Below, in pieces: positions 19,249 to 29,043 of a stretch of 64,000 nt of DNA (position 1 is its first letter; every line of letters starts with the position of its first letter). The stretch comes from an uncultured Chloroflexia bacterium. Its GTDB lineage: Bacteria; Chloroflexota; Limnocylindria; Limnocylindrales; CSP1-4. The stretch is taken from contig CAVVJT010000004.1 of the NCBI GenBank assembly GCA_963748625.1, forward strand, positions 480,001 through 544,000, in the 5' to 3' direction. The notes under the pieces were generated by a model that had not been told where the DNA came from, did not search any database, and saw only the letters and a list, made by a program, of their open reading frames with translations. Position numbers and translations under genes: made by a program.

Positions 19249-20270
19249 CCCCGGACCTGCGGACCCGCTACCTGGGCCTGGAGCTCAGCTCCCCCATCGT
19301 GGCCTCCGCCCAACCGCACACGAATGATCCGGCGTACGCCCAGCGGCTCGAGGCCGCCGGGGCGGGCGCGATCGTGCTCCCGTCGCTCTTCGAGGAGGAG
19401 ATCCTCAACGAGGAGCTGGAGATGGACCGTTCCCTCAACCAGGGGACGAACCAGTTCGGCGAGGCGCTCGACTACTTCCCGAACATCGAGAACTTCAGCA
19501 ATGCCGGCGACCGCTACCTCGCCCGCCTCGAGCGGACGAGGAAGGCGGTAACCATCCCGGTGTTCGCCAGCCTCAACGCGGCGACCACCGGCGGCTGGAT
19601 CCGCTACGCGAAGCTGATGCAGGACGCCGGGGCCGACGGCCTCGAGCTCAACCTGTACCACCTCGTGGCGGATCCGCAGGTGACGGCGCAGCACCGCGAG
19701 GAGATGGATCTCGAGCTCATCGCGGCCGTCCGATCGGCGGTCACGATCCCGCTCGCGGTCAAGCTCTCGCCGTACTACTCGGCGCTCGCGTCGTTCGCGG
19801 CGAGGACCGTCACTGCCGGCGCCGACGGGCTCGTCCTGTTCAACCGGTTCTACCAGCCCGACCTGGACCTCGAGACGTTCGACGTCATCAACAAGGTAGC
19901 GCTGTCGCACCCCTCGGAGCTGCGCCAGCCGCTCCGGTGGATCGCGATCCTGCGGCCGCAGCTGGGCTCCTTCGTGGGCCTCGCGGCGACCTCGGGCGTG
20001 CACAGTGGCGAGGATGTGCTCAAGGCGCTGCTGGTGGGTGCGGACGTCGCGATGACCGCCTCGGCCGTCCTGCGGCACGGGCCGGAGCACATCGCCACGC
20101 TCCTGCGTGACATCACCGCCTGGATGACCGAACGGGAGTACGAGTCCGTGGCCCAGCTGCGCGGCTCCGCCAGCGCGGCCACCGTCGCCGACCCGACGGC
20201 ATTCGAGCGGGCCAACTACCTGGCCACCCTGCACTCCTGGTCGACGCCGAACGATCTCGCAACCGCATAG
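19245..20270 (+). CDS. Dihydroorotate dehydrogenase-like flavoprotein (PFOR-associated)
   Basis: DLRTRYLGLELSSPIVASA, SLFEEEI, VKLSPY, LFNRFYQPD, FERANY; ATGA overlap with nifJ. Confidence 0.92.
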   Translation: MTPDLRTRYLGLELSSPIVASAQPHTNDPAYAQRLEAAGAGAIVLPSLFEEEILNEELEMDRSLNQGTNQFGEALDYFPNIENFSNAGDRYLARLERTRKAVTIPVFASLNAATTGGWIRYAKLMQDAGADGLELNLYHLVADPQVTAQHREEMDLELIAAVRSAVTIPLAVKLSPYYSALASFAARTVTAGADGLVLFNRFYQPDLDLETFDVINKVALSHPSELRQPLRWIAILRPQLGSFVGLAATSGVHSGEDVLKALLVGADVAMTASAVLRHGPEHIATLLRDITAWMTEREYESVAQLRGSASAATVADPTAFERANYLATLHSWSTPNDLATA

Positions 20271-20288
20271 ACCTGCGCACCAACGCAT

Positions 20289-20323
20289 ACGGGCGTCGGC
20301 TCCGGCCGGCGCCCGTCTCGTTT
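20289..20323 (+). terminator. Probable intrinsic terminator
   Basis: acgggcgtcggc/gccggcgcccgt hairpin followed by ctcgttt, between convergent genes. Confidence 0.55.
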
Positions 20324-20331
20324 GCCCTCCG

Positions 20332-22119
20332 TCAGGTCGGCGCGGGCGTCGGGTCCGGGGTCGGCTCGGGCGTGGGCTCGGGCGTGGGCTCCGGGGTCGG
20401 TTCGGGTGTGGGCTCTGACGTCGGCGCCGACGAGGGCGTGGGCTGCGCGGTCGGCTTGGGCTTCGGCGTGGGCTTGGGTGTGGGGCGCGGTGTGGCCACC
20501 GGCCTCGGATAGGTCGAGCGGGCCGGCTTCGGCGTCCCAGGCAGCAGGGCGGCGATGTCCTTGCGGACCTGGGTGATCCAGACGGCCGTCATGAAGGAGG
20601 GGTAGGCCGGCGGGACGATGCGCAGGTGCTTGACCTTCGCGTCCGCCGCCTTGCCGAACAGCTCGATGAGCGAGGGGATGCTCTCGCGCGGCAGGTCGGT
20701 CCAGGCCGTGCCGCGCGCGGCGCCGAACAGCGCGGGAGCGTTGAGGATCACCGACGGCCCGAGCTGCTCGCGGATCGCCATGAGCAGCACCTGCTGGCGC
20801 TCCATGCGCCCGTAGTCGGAATCCATGTGCCGGCTGCGCGCGTAGGCGAGCGCCTTGTGGCCGTCGAAGTGCTGCTTCCCGGCCTTGATCCTGAGGTTGA
20901 TGGAGCCGTGGCCAGGATCAGGGTAGTGGTCGTCCACCACCGCCTCTGGGACGTCGATGTCCACGCCGCCCATCGCGTCCACCACGCGGATGACCCCCAC
21001 GAGGTCCACGATCAGCACGGCGTCGATCGGGCGGCCCGTGATCTCGGTGACCACGGAGCGCACGGCCCCGATGCCCTTGACGGCGCCCTTGCCAGGCCAC
21101 AGGCCCGGATTGCGGGCGGTGGCCTCCACGTACATCTCGTTGAGGAGGCCCGGCTGGCACCCGCAGGCCGACGCCTCGCGGGCGGGGCCCTTGGGATATG
21201 GCGCGTTCTGCAGGTTCCGGGGCAGGCCCACCATGGCCGTCTTGCCCGTCTCGACGTCCACCTCAACGAGGAGCATCACGTCGTTGCGCCGGGACCACCG
21301 GCTGTTGCCTGCATCGGAGCCGATCAGCAGGAGGTCGAACCGGCCGTCATCACCCCACGGGACGGCACCCGGCCGATCCCACGGCACCTTGGCGTCGAAG
21401 TCCGGGAGGCTGCCATTGCCGCCGTCCTCGGGGAACGGGGCGATCTCGAGGCTCGGCTCCGGCGTGGGTGTGGGAGGTGGCGGCGTGGCGCCGGGGGCAA
21501 GGGTGGGTCCGGGTGTCGGCGCAGGCGTGAGCGCCGGGGTGGGCTCGGGGGTTGGCTCAGCGGTCGCCCCCTCGTCCCCCGTGGTGGATGTCATTGCGAA
21601 GGTCTCGTCGAGGAACTCGGAGGTCGCGAGGATCACCGAACCTGCGAACGCATGCGGGATCAGCACCGCCGCCGCGACGATCACAAGGCTCGCGCCCACC
21701 GCCAGGCGCCCGGCATGGGCGCGTGCGAGTGCCCCGACTGCCGCAGTGGTCCGCCATGCGGCGAACACGATGTTCAGGACGAAGAGGGTCGTCAGGGCGC
21801 CGGGGGTGATGAGCACCGCGGCGACGCCGTAGACACCCGCCGAGAGGACCCACAGGCCGATCACCGCGAGCACGACGACGGTTGGCACCAGGAAGAAGAG
21901 TGCGGCGCGCCTGGCCCCCACCACCAGGTGGCCGGTGCCCGGCAGGATGAGGCTGGCAACCGTGGCCACGATGGCGCGCACGCCTCGCCGCCGCCCGGTC
22001 TCTGCCGGCGTCGCTGTGTCGGCCGGCACCGGCGTGTCGGCCGGCACCGGCGTGTCTGCCGGCACCGGGTTGTCGGTCATTCCCGTGGTGCCCAGACCGT
22101 GTCCGGGTTCGTCGTTCAT
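20332..22119 (-). CDS. LytR-CpsA-Psr (LCP) family protein
   Basis: [52 protein letters not shown]; N-terminal TMs; PEPT-repeat tail. Confidence 0.92.
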   Translation of the reverse strand: MNDEPGHGLGTTGMTDNPVPADTPVPADTPVPADTATPAETGRRRGVRAIVATVASLILPGTGHLVVGARRAALFFLVPTVVVLAVIGLWVLSAGVYGVAAVLITPGALTTLFVLNIVFAAWRTTAAVGALARAHAGRLAVGASLVIVAAAVLIPHAFAGSVILATSEFLDETFAMTSTTGDEGATAEPTPEPTPALTPAPTPGPTLAPGATPPPPTPTPEPSLEIAPFPEDGGNGSLPDFDAKVPWDRPGAVPWGDDGRFDLLLIGSDAGNSRWSRRNDVMLLVEVDVETGKTAMVGLPRNLQNAPYPKGPAREASACGCQPGLLNEMYVEATARNPGLWPGKGAVKGIGAVRSVVTEITGRPIDAVLIVDLVGVIRVVDAMGGVDIDVPEAVVDDHYPDPGHGSINLRIKAGKQHFDGHKALAYARSRHMDSDYGRMERQQVLLMAIREQLGPSVILNAPALFGAARGTAWTDLPRESIPSLIELFGKAADAKVKHLRIVPPAYPSFMTAVWITQVRKDIAALLPGTPKPARSTYPRPVATPRPTPKPTPKPKPTAQPTPSSAPTSEPTPEPTPEPTPEPTPEPTPDPTPAPT

Positions 22120-22160
22120 GCGGCGGTGCCCCTCCCTCTTCCGGCGAATCCTTGCACGGA

Positions 22161-23081
22161 TCACAGGATTGGGACGGGCTCCTCGCGAGCGGGCGCAGAC
22201 CGTGCCACCTGGACGCCCTGGGCAACGAGTCCCGCCAGCACCAACACCACGCCAAGCGCCGCGAGTGGCGCCAGTGCCTCGCCAAGCACCAGCACCCCGA
22301 GCATCGTCGCCACCACCGGATCGACCAGCATCAGCGTGGCCGCCGGACCGGGGAGCAGGCCGTGGATACCACGTGTCAGCAAGACGTTCGCCAGGGCCAT
22401 GGTGGCGATGCCCAGGTACAGCACCAGCGCGAGGCCCTCGGGCGTCACCGCCCATCCAAGCGGCTGGCCTGCGAGCAGGGGCAGCAGGAGCACCCCACCG
22501 AGCACGAAGCTGCCGGTGGTGATCTCCATGGCGGTGGCCCCGCGTTCGAGCTGCAGCTTCGCGGATACCGAGTACAGCGCCGCGCACAACCCCGCGCCGA
22601 GCGCCATCAGGAGACCTACGCCAACCTCGGATCCGATCTCCGAGGCGCCGCTCCCGGCCGACCGGAAGACCAGGCCCACCACGCACAGGGCCGTCGCGGC
22701 GAGCCAGCCGCGCGTCGGACGGTGCCCCAGCACCGCCCAGCCGAGCAGGCCGGCAAAGACCGGCTCCGAGCCCATCGCCATGAGGGTCCCCAACGCCACC
22801 CCCGCCCGGTCCACCCCGCCGAAGAAGAGCGGCTGGAAGACTGCGGCTCCCAGCGCGGACACCAGCATGGCCCGCGTGCGCCAGAGGCGGAACAGGCTGC
22901 GGGGCGAGCGGCCAAGCAGGGGCATCGCGACCAGCAGGGAGAGCGCACCCACGATGATGCGCAGCACGCCCACGGCGACCGGCGTGCTGCCCTCGGGGCC
23001 GAGCGCCTGAGCGGTTCCCGCCGTGCCGAAGAGCACGCCCGCGAGGATCACCAGCAGGGTGGCCGAACGCGGGCTGGGCAT
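22161..23081 (-). CDS. EamA/DMT family transporter
   Basis: [13 protein letters not shown], ~10 TMs, [12 protein letters not shown]; -10 TAGCCT 7 nt before ATG. Confidence 0.9.
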   Translation of the reverse strand: MPSPRSATLLVILAGVLFGTAGTAQALGPEGSTPVAVGVLRIIVGALSLLVAMPLLGRSPRSLFRLWRTRAMLVSALGAAVFQPLFFGGVDRAGVALGTLMAMGSEPVFAGLLGWAVLGHRPTRGWLAATALCVVGLVFRSAGSGASEIGSEVGVGLLMALGAGLCAALYSVSAKLQLERGATAMEITTGSFVLGGVLLLPLLAGQPLGWAVTPEGLALVLYLGIATMALANVLLTRGIHGLLPGPAATLMLVDPVVATMLGVLVLGEALAPLAALGVVLVLAGLVAQGVQVARSAPAREEPVPIL

Positions 23082-23110
23082 GCCGACGAGGCTACCGGCA
23101 ACCGGAAGCG

Positions 23111-24385
23111 TCACGAGGGGCGGTCGTGCACCCCGAATCCGATCCGATGCGTCCGGCCGCCGCTTGGGGTCTCAGCATCGGGGATGTCGGCCGGCACCAT
23201 CAGGTCCAGCTCCCCCGGGTCGATGTGGTCGTCGGCGACGGCCCGTGCGGCCATGTTCGCGTACGCCTGCTCGAACAGCGTACGCACGTAGCGGGCGTTG
23301 CCGAAGTCCTCGATCTCCCGGGCGGCGCCGAGGACCACGAGGACGCGCTCCCGGACTGCAGGATCGGTGCGGACCTTGGCCTGGCCCGCCATCGACCCGA
23401 AGATCTCGGCGAGCTCGTCGGTGGAGTAGTTGGGGAACTCGATGTAGCGGGTGAACCGGCTGCGCAGGCCAGGGTTCGAGCGGATGAACGCCCACATCGG
23501 CTCGCCGTAACCGGCCACGATCACGGCGAGGTTGTCCCGGTGGTCCTCCATCATCTTGACCAGCGTCGCGACCGCCTCCCCGCCGAAGTCCTGGCTGTCG
23601 CCGGTGGACAGGGCGTAGGCCTCGTCGATGAACAGGACGCCGCCGATCGCGGAGCGCACCACCTCCTGGACCTTGAGCGCCGTCTGGCCGACGTATCCCG
23701 CGACGAGGTCCGCGCGCGAGGCCTCCACGAGGTGGCCCTTGGTGACGAGGCCCAGCGCCCCGTAGATCCGGCCGACGATCCTTGCCACCGTGGTCTTGCC
23801 CGTCCCGGGATCGCCGGTGAAGACCAGGTGGGCGGAACCCGTGACCTCCGGCAGGCCCTGCGCCCGACGCTCGGCGTTGAGGCGCTGGACCGCGACCAGC
23901 TTGCGGATCTCCTTCTTCACCGACCCGAGGCCCACGAGCGCATCGAGCTCAGCGAGCAGCTCGGCCACGGTGACGGCATTGACGACGGCAGCAGCAGCAG
24001 GGCTGAGCTCCTTGTCGGTGGCCGGCGTTCGGTCCCCGGTGCCCGCCGCCTTCACGTCCGACGACGCCACGGCGCTCGACGTGCCGCCGACGGGGCCCGT
24101 CGAGCGAAGCCACGCCAGGATCTGCCTGGCCTCGTCCGCCGCAGCCTCCACCGACGTGCAGCCGTCGATCGCCTTCTGCGCGGTCGCGGTCACGGTGGGC
24201 GTCATCGCTGCATCGCCAACCGGCTCCAGCCAGGTCCGGACGGCGTCGGGCGTGAGCCCGTCGGGCGCCTTCGCGCCAAGTGCACGCACGATGCCCATCA
24301 GCACGTGCCGCGGCTCCACTTCGGCGTGGGACCACGCCTTCGCGGTGGCGAGCGCCTCGTCGAGGACCTGGTCGCGCAAGGCCAT
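23111..24385 (-). CDS. CbxX/CfxQ/SpoVK/EccA-type AAA+ ATPase with ClpN-like N-terminus
   Basis: LDALVGLGSVK, HLVFTGDPGTGKTTVAR, GGVLFIDEAY, NPGLRSRF; N-term ALATAKAWSHAEVEPRHVLMGIV; C-term RIGF. Confidence 0.9.
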   Translation of the reverse strand: MALRDQVLDEALATAKAWSHAEVEPRHVLMGIVRALGAKAPDGLTPDAVRTWLEPVGDAAMTPTVTATAQKAIDGCTSVEAAADEARQILAWLRSTGPVGGTSSAVASSDVKAAGTGDRTPATDKELSPAAAAVVNAVTVAELLAELDALVGLGSVKKEIRKLVAVQRLNAERRAQGLPEVTGSAHLVFTGDPGTGKTTVARIVGRIYGALGLVTKGHLVEASRADLVAGYVGQTALKVQEVVRSAIGGVLFIDEAYALSTGDSQDFGGEAVATLVKMMEDHRDNLAVIVAGYGEPMWAFIRSNPGLRSRFTRYIEFPNYSTDELAEIFGSMAGQAKVRTDPAVRERVLVVLGAAREIEDFGNARYVRTLFEQAYANMAARAVADDHIDPGELDLMVPADIPDAETPSGGRTHRIGFGVHDRPS

Positions 24386-24856
24386 CTAGCCGGCGCCTCC
24401 GGGGTCCGGATCCGTGTAGCGCAGGCCTCCGAACTTGTCGTGCACCGTGTCGTCCAGGTCGTCCGCGGTCACCGCGATGGCCACGACCGCCTGGACGAGC
24501 TCATCAGGATCGAGGTAGTCCGCGAGGAGCGTGTGGTCGAACGCGACGAAGCACTCGGATCCGTCCTCGTTGTCCACGACGGTCACTGTCCCGAACAGGA
24601 ACTTCTGACCCTCGGTGGCAGCCCAGCGATAGAACTCGGGTGTGGGCTTGAGGCTGCGCACCAGCGGCGCCCAGAGCCGCACGATCGAGGATGGGTCGCC
24701 CTTGGGATCCTTGCCCCACTCGCGCACCTCGATGGTCACCCGCGTGCTGCCGCGCTCGAGCGCGAAGCCGTCCTTGGCGAGCATCACGTTGTCAAAGGCG
24801 CCCGCGAGGATCCGCTGGACCTTCTGCTGTGCCGCGTCAACCGTTGCCATGGGCAT
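24386..24856 (-). CDS. YbjN / T3SS-chaperone-fold (TY-Chap-like) protein
   Basis: GSTRVTIEV..IVRLWAPLV..FLFG..HTLLADYLDPDEL..AVTADDLDD..FGG; its stop abuts the AAA ATG. Confidence 0.8.
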   Translation of the reverse strand: MPMATVDAAQQKVQRILAGAFDNVMLAKDGFALERGSTRVTIEVREWGKDPKGDPSSIVRLWAPLVRSLKPTPEFYRWAATEGQKFLFGTVTVVDNEDGSECFVAFDHTLLADYLDPDELVQAVVAIAVTADDLDDTVHDKFGGLRYTDPDPGGAG

Positions 24857-24938
24857 CCCTCCGAGTCGCGCTCTACGTGCGCAGCGTCATGGTGCCCCCT
24901 GCGCGTGCCACCTGCATGGCACACCGGCATGCGGAAGA

Positions 24939-25802
24939 TCAGGTCACGAGCTCTCCGAACGCACCGTCGGACGCGAGCAGCAGGTCGAGCCCGTCGAGGA
25001 GGCGGGTCGCGGCGTCCGGCAGCGTGCCGTCCATGGATGCCGCGGCCGCGAGCACCGCACGCACGTCGTCGTCGAAAGCGGTGGGACGCACGGGGCAGCG
25101 CTGGGCGACGGCGTCCAGGAGGCGCTTCTCGCCCGGATGCGGCACCCGGTTCACGGCGAACAGGATGTCGAAGCAGCTCGCGAGCAGACCTGCCACCCGG
25201 TGGCTGGCGGCGACCGGGTCGGCACGGCCGGATGCCTTGGCGACCTGGACCTCCCACGCCGACGGGAACCCGCGCAGGGCCGCCCGGTTGTGGGCCACGA
25301 TCGCGACCCGGAGGGGCTCCGGGTACGGGACGCAGGCCCTCGCCTGCAGGCCGGCCAGCCAGCCATCCGGGTCGTGGAGCGCGGTCGCACCCAGGATCGT
25401 GTGCCAGAAGCAGGTGCTGTAGCCGAGGGATGGCTCGTGGCGCACCAGCACGCGGTCGAGCTGGTCCTCCATCCAGGCGGCGTCGAAGTAGGTGGCGTCC
25501 ACGACGATCCCGCTCGCCGGATCGGGCCATTCGTCGGCGGCACCCCAGAAGGCGTGGTCCACCGGCAGTGGCAGCGCGGCTCCCGCCTCGAGCATCACGC
25601 GCTCCCGGACCTCCCGCGCGATCGTGCCGCGGGTGTAGACCTCGATGTCCACGTCGGAGCCCGCATCGCTCGCGATACCACCGGCTCCACGCGACCCGCC
25701 TAGCGCGACGGCGACCACCTCGGACACGCTCGCGAAGGTGCTGGCGACGCGTGCGGCAAGCTCGGCGGCGGGATCGGGTGCGGCTGCACGGGAAGGGGGC
25801 AT
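24939..25802 (-). CDS. Nucleotidyltransferase with DUF4037 C-terminal domain
   Basis: VALGGSRGAG..SDVDIEVY; FDILFAVNRVPHPGEKRL. Confidence 0.85.
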   Translation of the reverse strand: MPPSRAAAPDPAAELAARVASTFASVSEVVAVALGGSRGAGGIASDAGSDVDIEVYTRGTIAREVRERVMLEAGAALPLPVDHAFWGAADEWPDPASGIVVDATYFDAAWMEDQLDRVLVRHEPSLGYSTCFWHTILGATALHDPDGWLAGLQARACVPYPEPLRVAIVAHNRAALRGFPSAWEVQVAKASGRADPVAASHRVAGLLASCFDILFAVNRVPHPGEKRLLDAVAQRCPVRPTAFDDDVRAVLAAAASMDGTLPDAATRLLDGLDLLLASDGAFGELVT

Positions 25803-25905
25803 GGCCGCGGGAGTGTAGCCTCCGGCGGCGCGAAACGGCGCTCCGGCGGGCGGGCGGCGCTCGTACGATGCCAACACACATCTGAACCCGATCTTGGAGC
25901 CGCTC

Positions 25906-27216
25906 ATGACCACGCCGCAGGCGACGACGCTGCGTGGCGAAGCCCGCCTCGCCGACGGCCCCGCCGAACCCGCCGTCATCACCCTCGGACCCGACACGCT
26001 CTGGCTCATCGCCGGATCGCGACCGCCCATCACGGCTGCCTACCGGGACATCACCCACGTCGGCGTGGACCAGGGGACCGTCCGCCTCCATCTCGGCTCG
26101 GGTCCGCTCGCGGAGCGCTGGCACCTCGAGCGGTTCGGCCAGCAGACGGGTGCCCTGGTCAAGGGCCTGCGGAACGGGCGCCTGCTCCAACGCCTGGGTG
26201 ACGGCCTGGTCGAGGTGGCGCCCGACACCGAGATCGACCTCGTCGAATACGAGGCACCCGGCGAGACCGGCATCGCCCAGCTGCTCTACCACGATCGCGG
26301 TGTGGTCCTCGCCCCCGTCGACGACCGGCACAGCTGGCGGCGGATCCGGCGTGCGGACATCGGCGCGGTCGAGATGGAGTCCGCCGTGGGCGGCATCCGG
26401 GTCACCGGCACCGGGCGATCCCTGCTCGGCTCGCCGGCGCTCCGCCTCGTCCGCCTCGGCGCCGTTGCCAAGGCCCACGCCGATCGCTGGGCGGCCCTGC
26501 GCGACGGTGCGGCCCAGGACGCGGGGTCGATCGTGGGTGCCCTGCTCCCCGACGCGGACTTCGGCGCCCGACGCCTGGGCTCCACCCTCCTCGTCGACGG
26601 ACGGCCCGCCACGCCGGCGCAGCTTGGCGAGGCCTGGGTGCCGCTCGAGCGGGCGGTCCTCGGACATGCCCCGTTCGACGAGTCCTACGAGGCGCTGCGT
26701 GCAGCGGCAGGCGGCGCTGCGGCCCCGCGCTGGCTGGCAGCCGCCCCTGAGCGGCCGGGCGCCCCGGACACGCCAAAGCTGTGGTTCTTCATCGGCCTGC
26801 CGGGTAACCTGGTCGCGATGGAGCTGGTGAGCGAGGGAGCACACGCCACCTACCTGTTCCGGGTCGTGCCGCGCGCGACGTTCGCCGGGTCGCTGCCCTC
26901 GGGTGCGCTCGAGGCCGCGGTGGCCGACGTGTCCGAGGCGCTGATCGACGCGCGCTTCCTGCGTGAACCGATGGCCCTGCCCGCCGCACGCCTTGCCGAG
27001 GCCGAGTTCCTGCGCTACCGCCTGGCGCTCGCCGCCCTGCCGACGCTCGCCGCGGCGCGGGCGCGGTTCGTCGCCCGTCTCGTGCATTCCGACACGGCCT
27101 CGTGGCAGGCGGCGCTGAACGACGTGATCGCATGGCACGGCGCCGCCCGCGACGACGTGGCGGAGTGGCCCGGTCGAACCGCCCAGGAAGGCCAGATCGC
27201 CGGCTTCGGCGGCTGA
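25906..27216 (+). CDS. Hypothetical protein, probable tandem PH-like N-terminal domains
   Basis: Two similar beta-rich blocks (..YRDITHV..LERFG; ..RADIGAV..LVRLG); C-part ATYLFRV..FLREP..RFVARLVH. Confidence 0.7.
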   Translation: MTTPQATTLRGEARLADGPAEPAVITLGPDTLWLIAGSRPPITAAYRDITHVGVDQGTVRLHLGSGPLAERWHLERFGQQTGALVKGLRNGRLLQRLGDGLVEVAPDTEIDLVEYEAPGETGIAQLLYHDRGVVLAPVDDRHSWRRIRRADIGAVEMESAVGGIRVTGTGRSLLGSPALRLVRLGAVAKAHADRWAALRDGAAQDAGSIVGALLPDADFGARRLGSTLLVDGRPATPAQLGEAWVPLERAVLGHAPFDESYEALRAAAGGAAAPRWLAAAPERPGAPDTPKLWFFIGLPGNLVAMELVSEGAHATYLFRVVPRATFAGSLPSGALEAAVADVSEALIDARFLREPMALPAARLAEAEFLRYRLALAALPTLAAARARFVARLVHSDTASWQAALNDVIAWHGAARDDVAEWPGRTAQEGQIAGFGG

Positions 27217-27231
27217 GGCAGGGAGCGCACG

Positions 27232-27723
27232 ATGCCCACGTTCAAGCACCCGTGTCCTCACTGCGGGACCTACGTCCATCGTGACGTGGTGGCCTGTCCC
27301 AAGTGCGGGACCCGCGATCCGTTCGCGCCGGCGCGCTGCGGCGGCTGCGGCGCGGTGGTCGAGGATCCGTCCTACGTGGCATGTCCTCGCTGCGGGAAGC
27401 CGGTGGGTGCCGCGGCGGTCGCGGCAGCCGAAGCCGAGGCCCGTGCGAAGGCCGAGGCCCAGGAGGGCCAGGCTGGAGGGGCCGCACTGGCACCCGGGTC
27501 GACACCGGAGGCGAATGGCGCGATCCCCGGCTGGGGGCAGCCGCCCGTCGCGCCGGCACCGGCGCCCGTGGCACCGTCCCCCGTGGTCGCGCCGGCCGAA
27601 CCCGAGCCGGTCGAGCCAGCACCGACAGCGCCTCTCGCAGCCGTCTGCGTCGCGTGCGGGTCCGCGCTGGCGCCGGGCGCCAACTTCTGCCGCGACTGCG
27701 GGACGCCGCTCAGCGCCCGATAG
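27232..27723 (+). CDS. Double zinc-ribbon (DZR) protein
   Basis: Six CxxC motifs with an Ala/Pro linker; RBS gggag. Confidence 0.85.
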   Translation: MPTFKHPCPHCGTYVHRDVVACPKCGTRDPFAPARCGGCGAVVEDPSYVACPRCGKPVGAAAVAAAEAEARAKAEAQEGQAGGAALAPGSTPEANGAIPGWGQPPVAPAPAPVAPSPVVAPAEPEPVEPAPTAPLAAVCVACGSALAPGANFCRDCGTPLSAR

Positions 27724-27838
27724 CCCGCTGTCGCCGTGCTACCGGGGATCCGCGGAGAGCGCGTGCCTGGCTGGAAGTCGCGGCGCTGGCCTGCCTCTTC
27801 GCAAGGCTCCGCGTGGAGGCTGCCTGACCTGAGCCGTA

Positions 27839-28199
27839 TCAGCTCGGGCAGGGTGGGCCAGGCGGACCCTCGACCGCGGTTGCGTTGAGGCGTGCCGCCC
27901 ACAACCTCGTCGCCGATCTGCACGAACCAGCGCGGCAGTCGGGTGACCTCCTCGGTCAGCACCAGGGCCCCGTCGGCGGCCCGTCGCACGTCGAGATGCC
28001 AGGGCAGACCGGGCATGCCAGCAGCGCCAGGAGTGAGCGCCGCCCCTTCGTTGCACTGCACGCTCACCTCCGGCGCTCCGGTCACCTGGAACACGAGGTC
28101 CGGTCCGCCGCGGTTCTCAGCGTGGAGCGTCCCCGGCTGCGAAGGCATGGAGCAGCCGCCCAGCAGGATCGCTGCAAGCAGGACCGACCGGACGCGCAC
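27839..28199 (-). CDS. Small putative lipoprotein with apparent frameshift near 27890
   Basis: VRVRSVLLAAILLGGC lipobox; a plausible C-terminus LNATAVEGPPGPPCPS* lies in another frame. Confidence 0.5.
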
Positions 28200-28285
28200 C
28201 AGCCGACTACCCCTGCGCGACCACCTGGCGGCCACCGGCATGCATTGCCAGGGTGTAGCTCCAAGCGCGGTACATGCACAGGCCC

Positions 28286-28909
28286 TCAGAACGCCTTCGT
28301 GCCGCAATTGCCGCAGAACCGCATGCCCGCCGCGAGGTCATTGCCGCACTGGGCGCACTTGTTCTGGCCGGTGGGGGTGCCGCAGTTCGCGCAGAACTTC
28401 TCCGAGCCGACCGGCTTCTCGCAGTTCGTGCACACCGTCTGCCGGGCCGACAGGTCGCCCGAGAAGACCGTCTCACCCTGCATCGCCTGGCGCATCTGGT
28501 TGATCTCGACGCTGGAGCGCTCGGCCTCCATCTCGGCGGCAAGGTTCGGGGCGCAGTTGACACACAGCCCGCGGGCGCTGTTCCAGCAGGTCTCGTCCAC
28601 CCAGCGGTTGTCACGAGGGCAGCGCTGGAAGTAGCCCATCAGCTCGGCCGAGGCCTTCTGGAGGGCCTCATCGCGTGCGCCGCGGTCCGTGAAGTCCTTC
28701 ACCCGGTCAGCGGCGCTCGACGCGCTGTTGAGGAAGCCGCCGAGCAGGCTCGACGCGCCCGACAGCAGGGTGTTCGCGGTGCCCATGCCCGACCGGATGA
28801 ACTCGCTGCGGTAGCCGGACCCGCAGATGTCGCACTTGAACTCGAACTGGTAGCCGTTCTCGTCCGACAGGTCGCTGTAGTTGTTGGTGAACGGCGTGAA
28901 GCCGGCCAT
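28286..28909 (-). CDS. Zinc-ribbon domain protein (DZR C-terminus)
   Basis: FTNNYSDLS..GYQFEFKCDICG; multiple CxxC; FCGNCG end. Confidence 0.88.
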   Translation of the reverse strand: MAGFTPFTNNYSDLSDENGYQFEFKCDICGSGYRSEFIRSGMGTANTLLSGASSLLGGFLNSASSAADRVKDFTDRGARDEALQKASAELMGYFQRCPRDNRWVDETCWNSARGLCVNCAPNLAAEMEAERSSVEINQMRQAMQGETVFSGDLSARQTVCTNCEKPVGSEKFCANCGTPTGQNKCAQCGNDLAAGMRFCGNCGTKAF

Positions 28910-29018
28910 CGCACCCTCTCCTGGTCAATCGGCCCGCAGCCTTCGCCGCGACGGACGTCGATGCCGTGAGGATACGGAAGGCCCGGCCCACGGCGCGGGC
29001 CGTTGCGGCACCTCCATG

Positions 29019-29034
29019 AGGACCGGTCGGCCCT
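29019..29034. promoter_or_regulatory. DosR/OsdR-like box upstream of the zinc-ribbon gene
   Basis: AGGACCGGTCGGCCCT, 15/16 to AGGGCCGGTCGGCCCT, ~110 nt upstream of ATG 28909. Confidence 0.5.
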
Positions 29035-29043
29035 TTGCGCCCC

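Noticed and set aside
20335-20500. DNA repeat element (PEPT-type repeats; also 11246-11308, 22010-22070, 37720-37860)
   Set aside because: These are in-frame low-complexity Pro/Thr linker coding sequences.
23111-24385. Type VII secretion EccA or Rubisco activase CbbX
   Set aside because: No TPR N-domain, WXG100, EccC or rbcL genes in the window.
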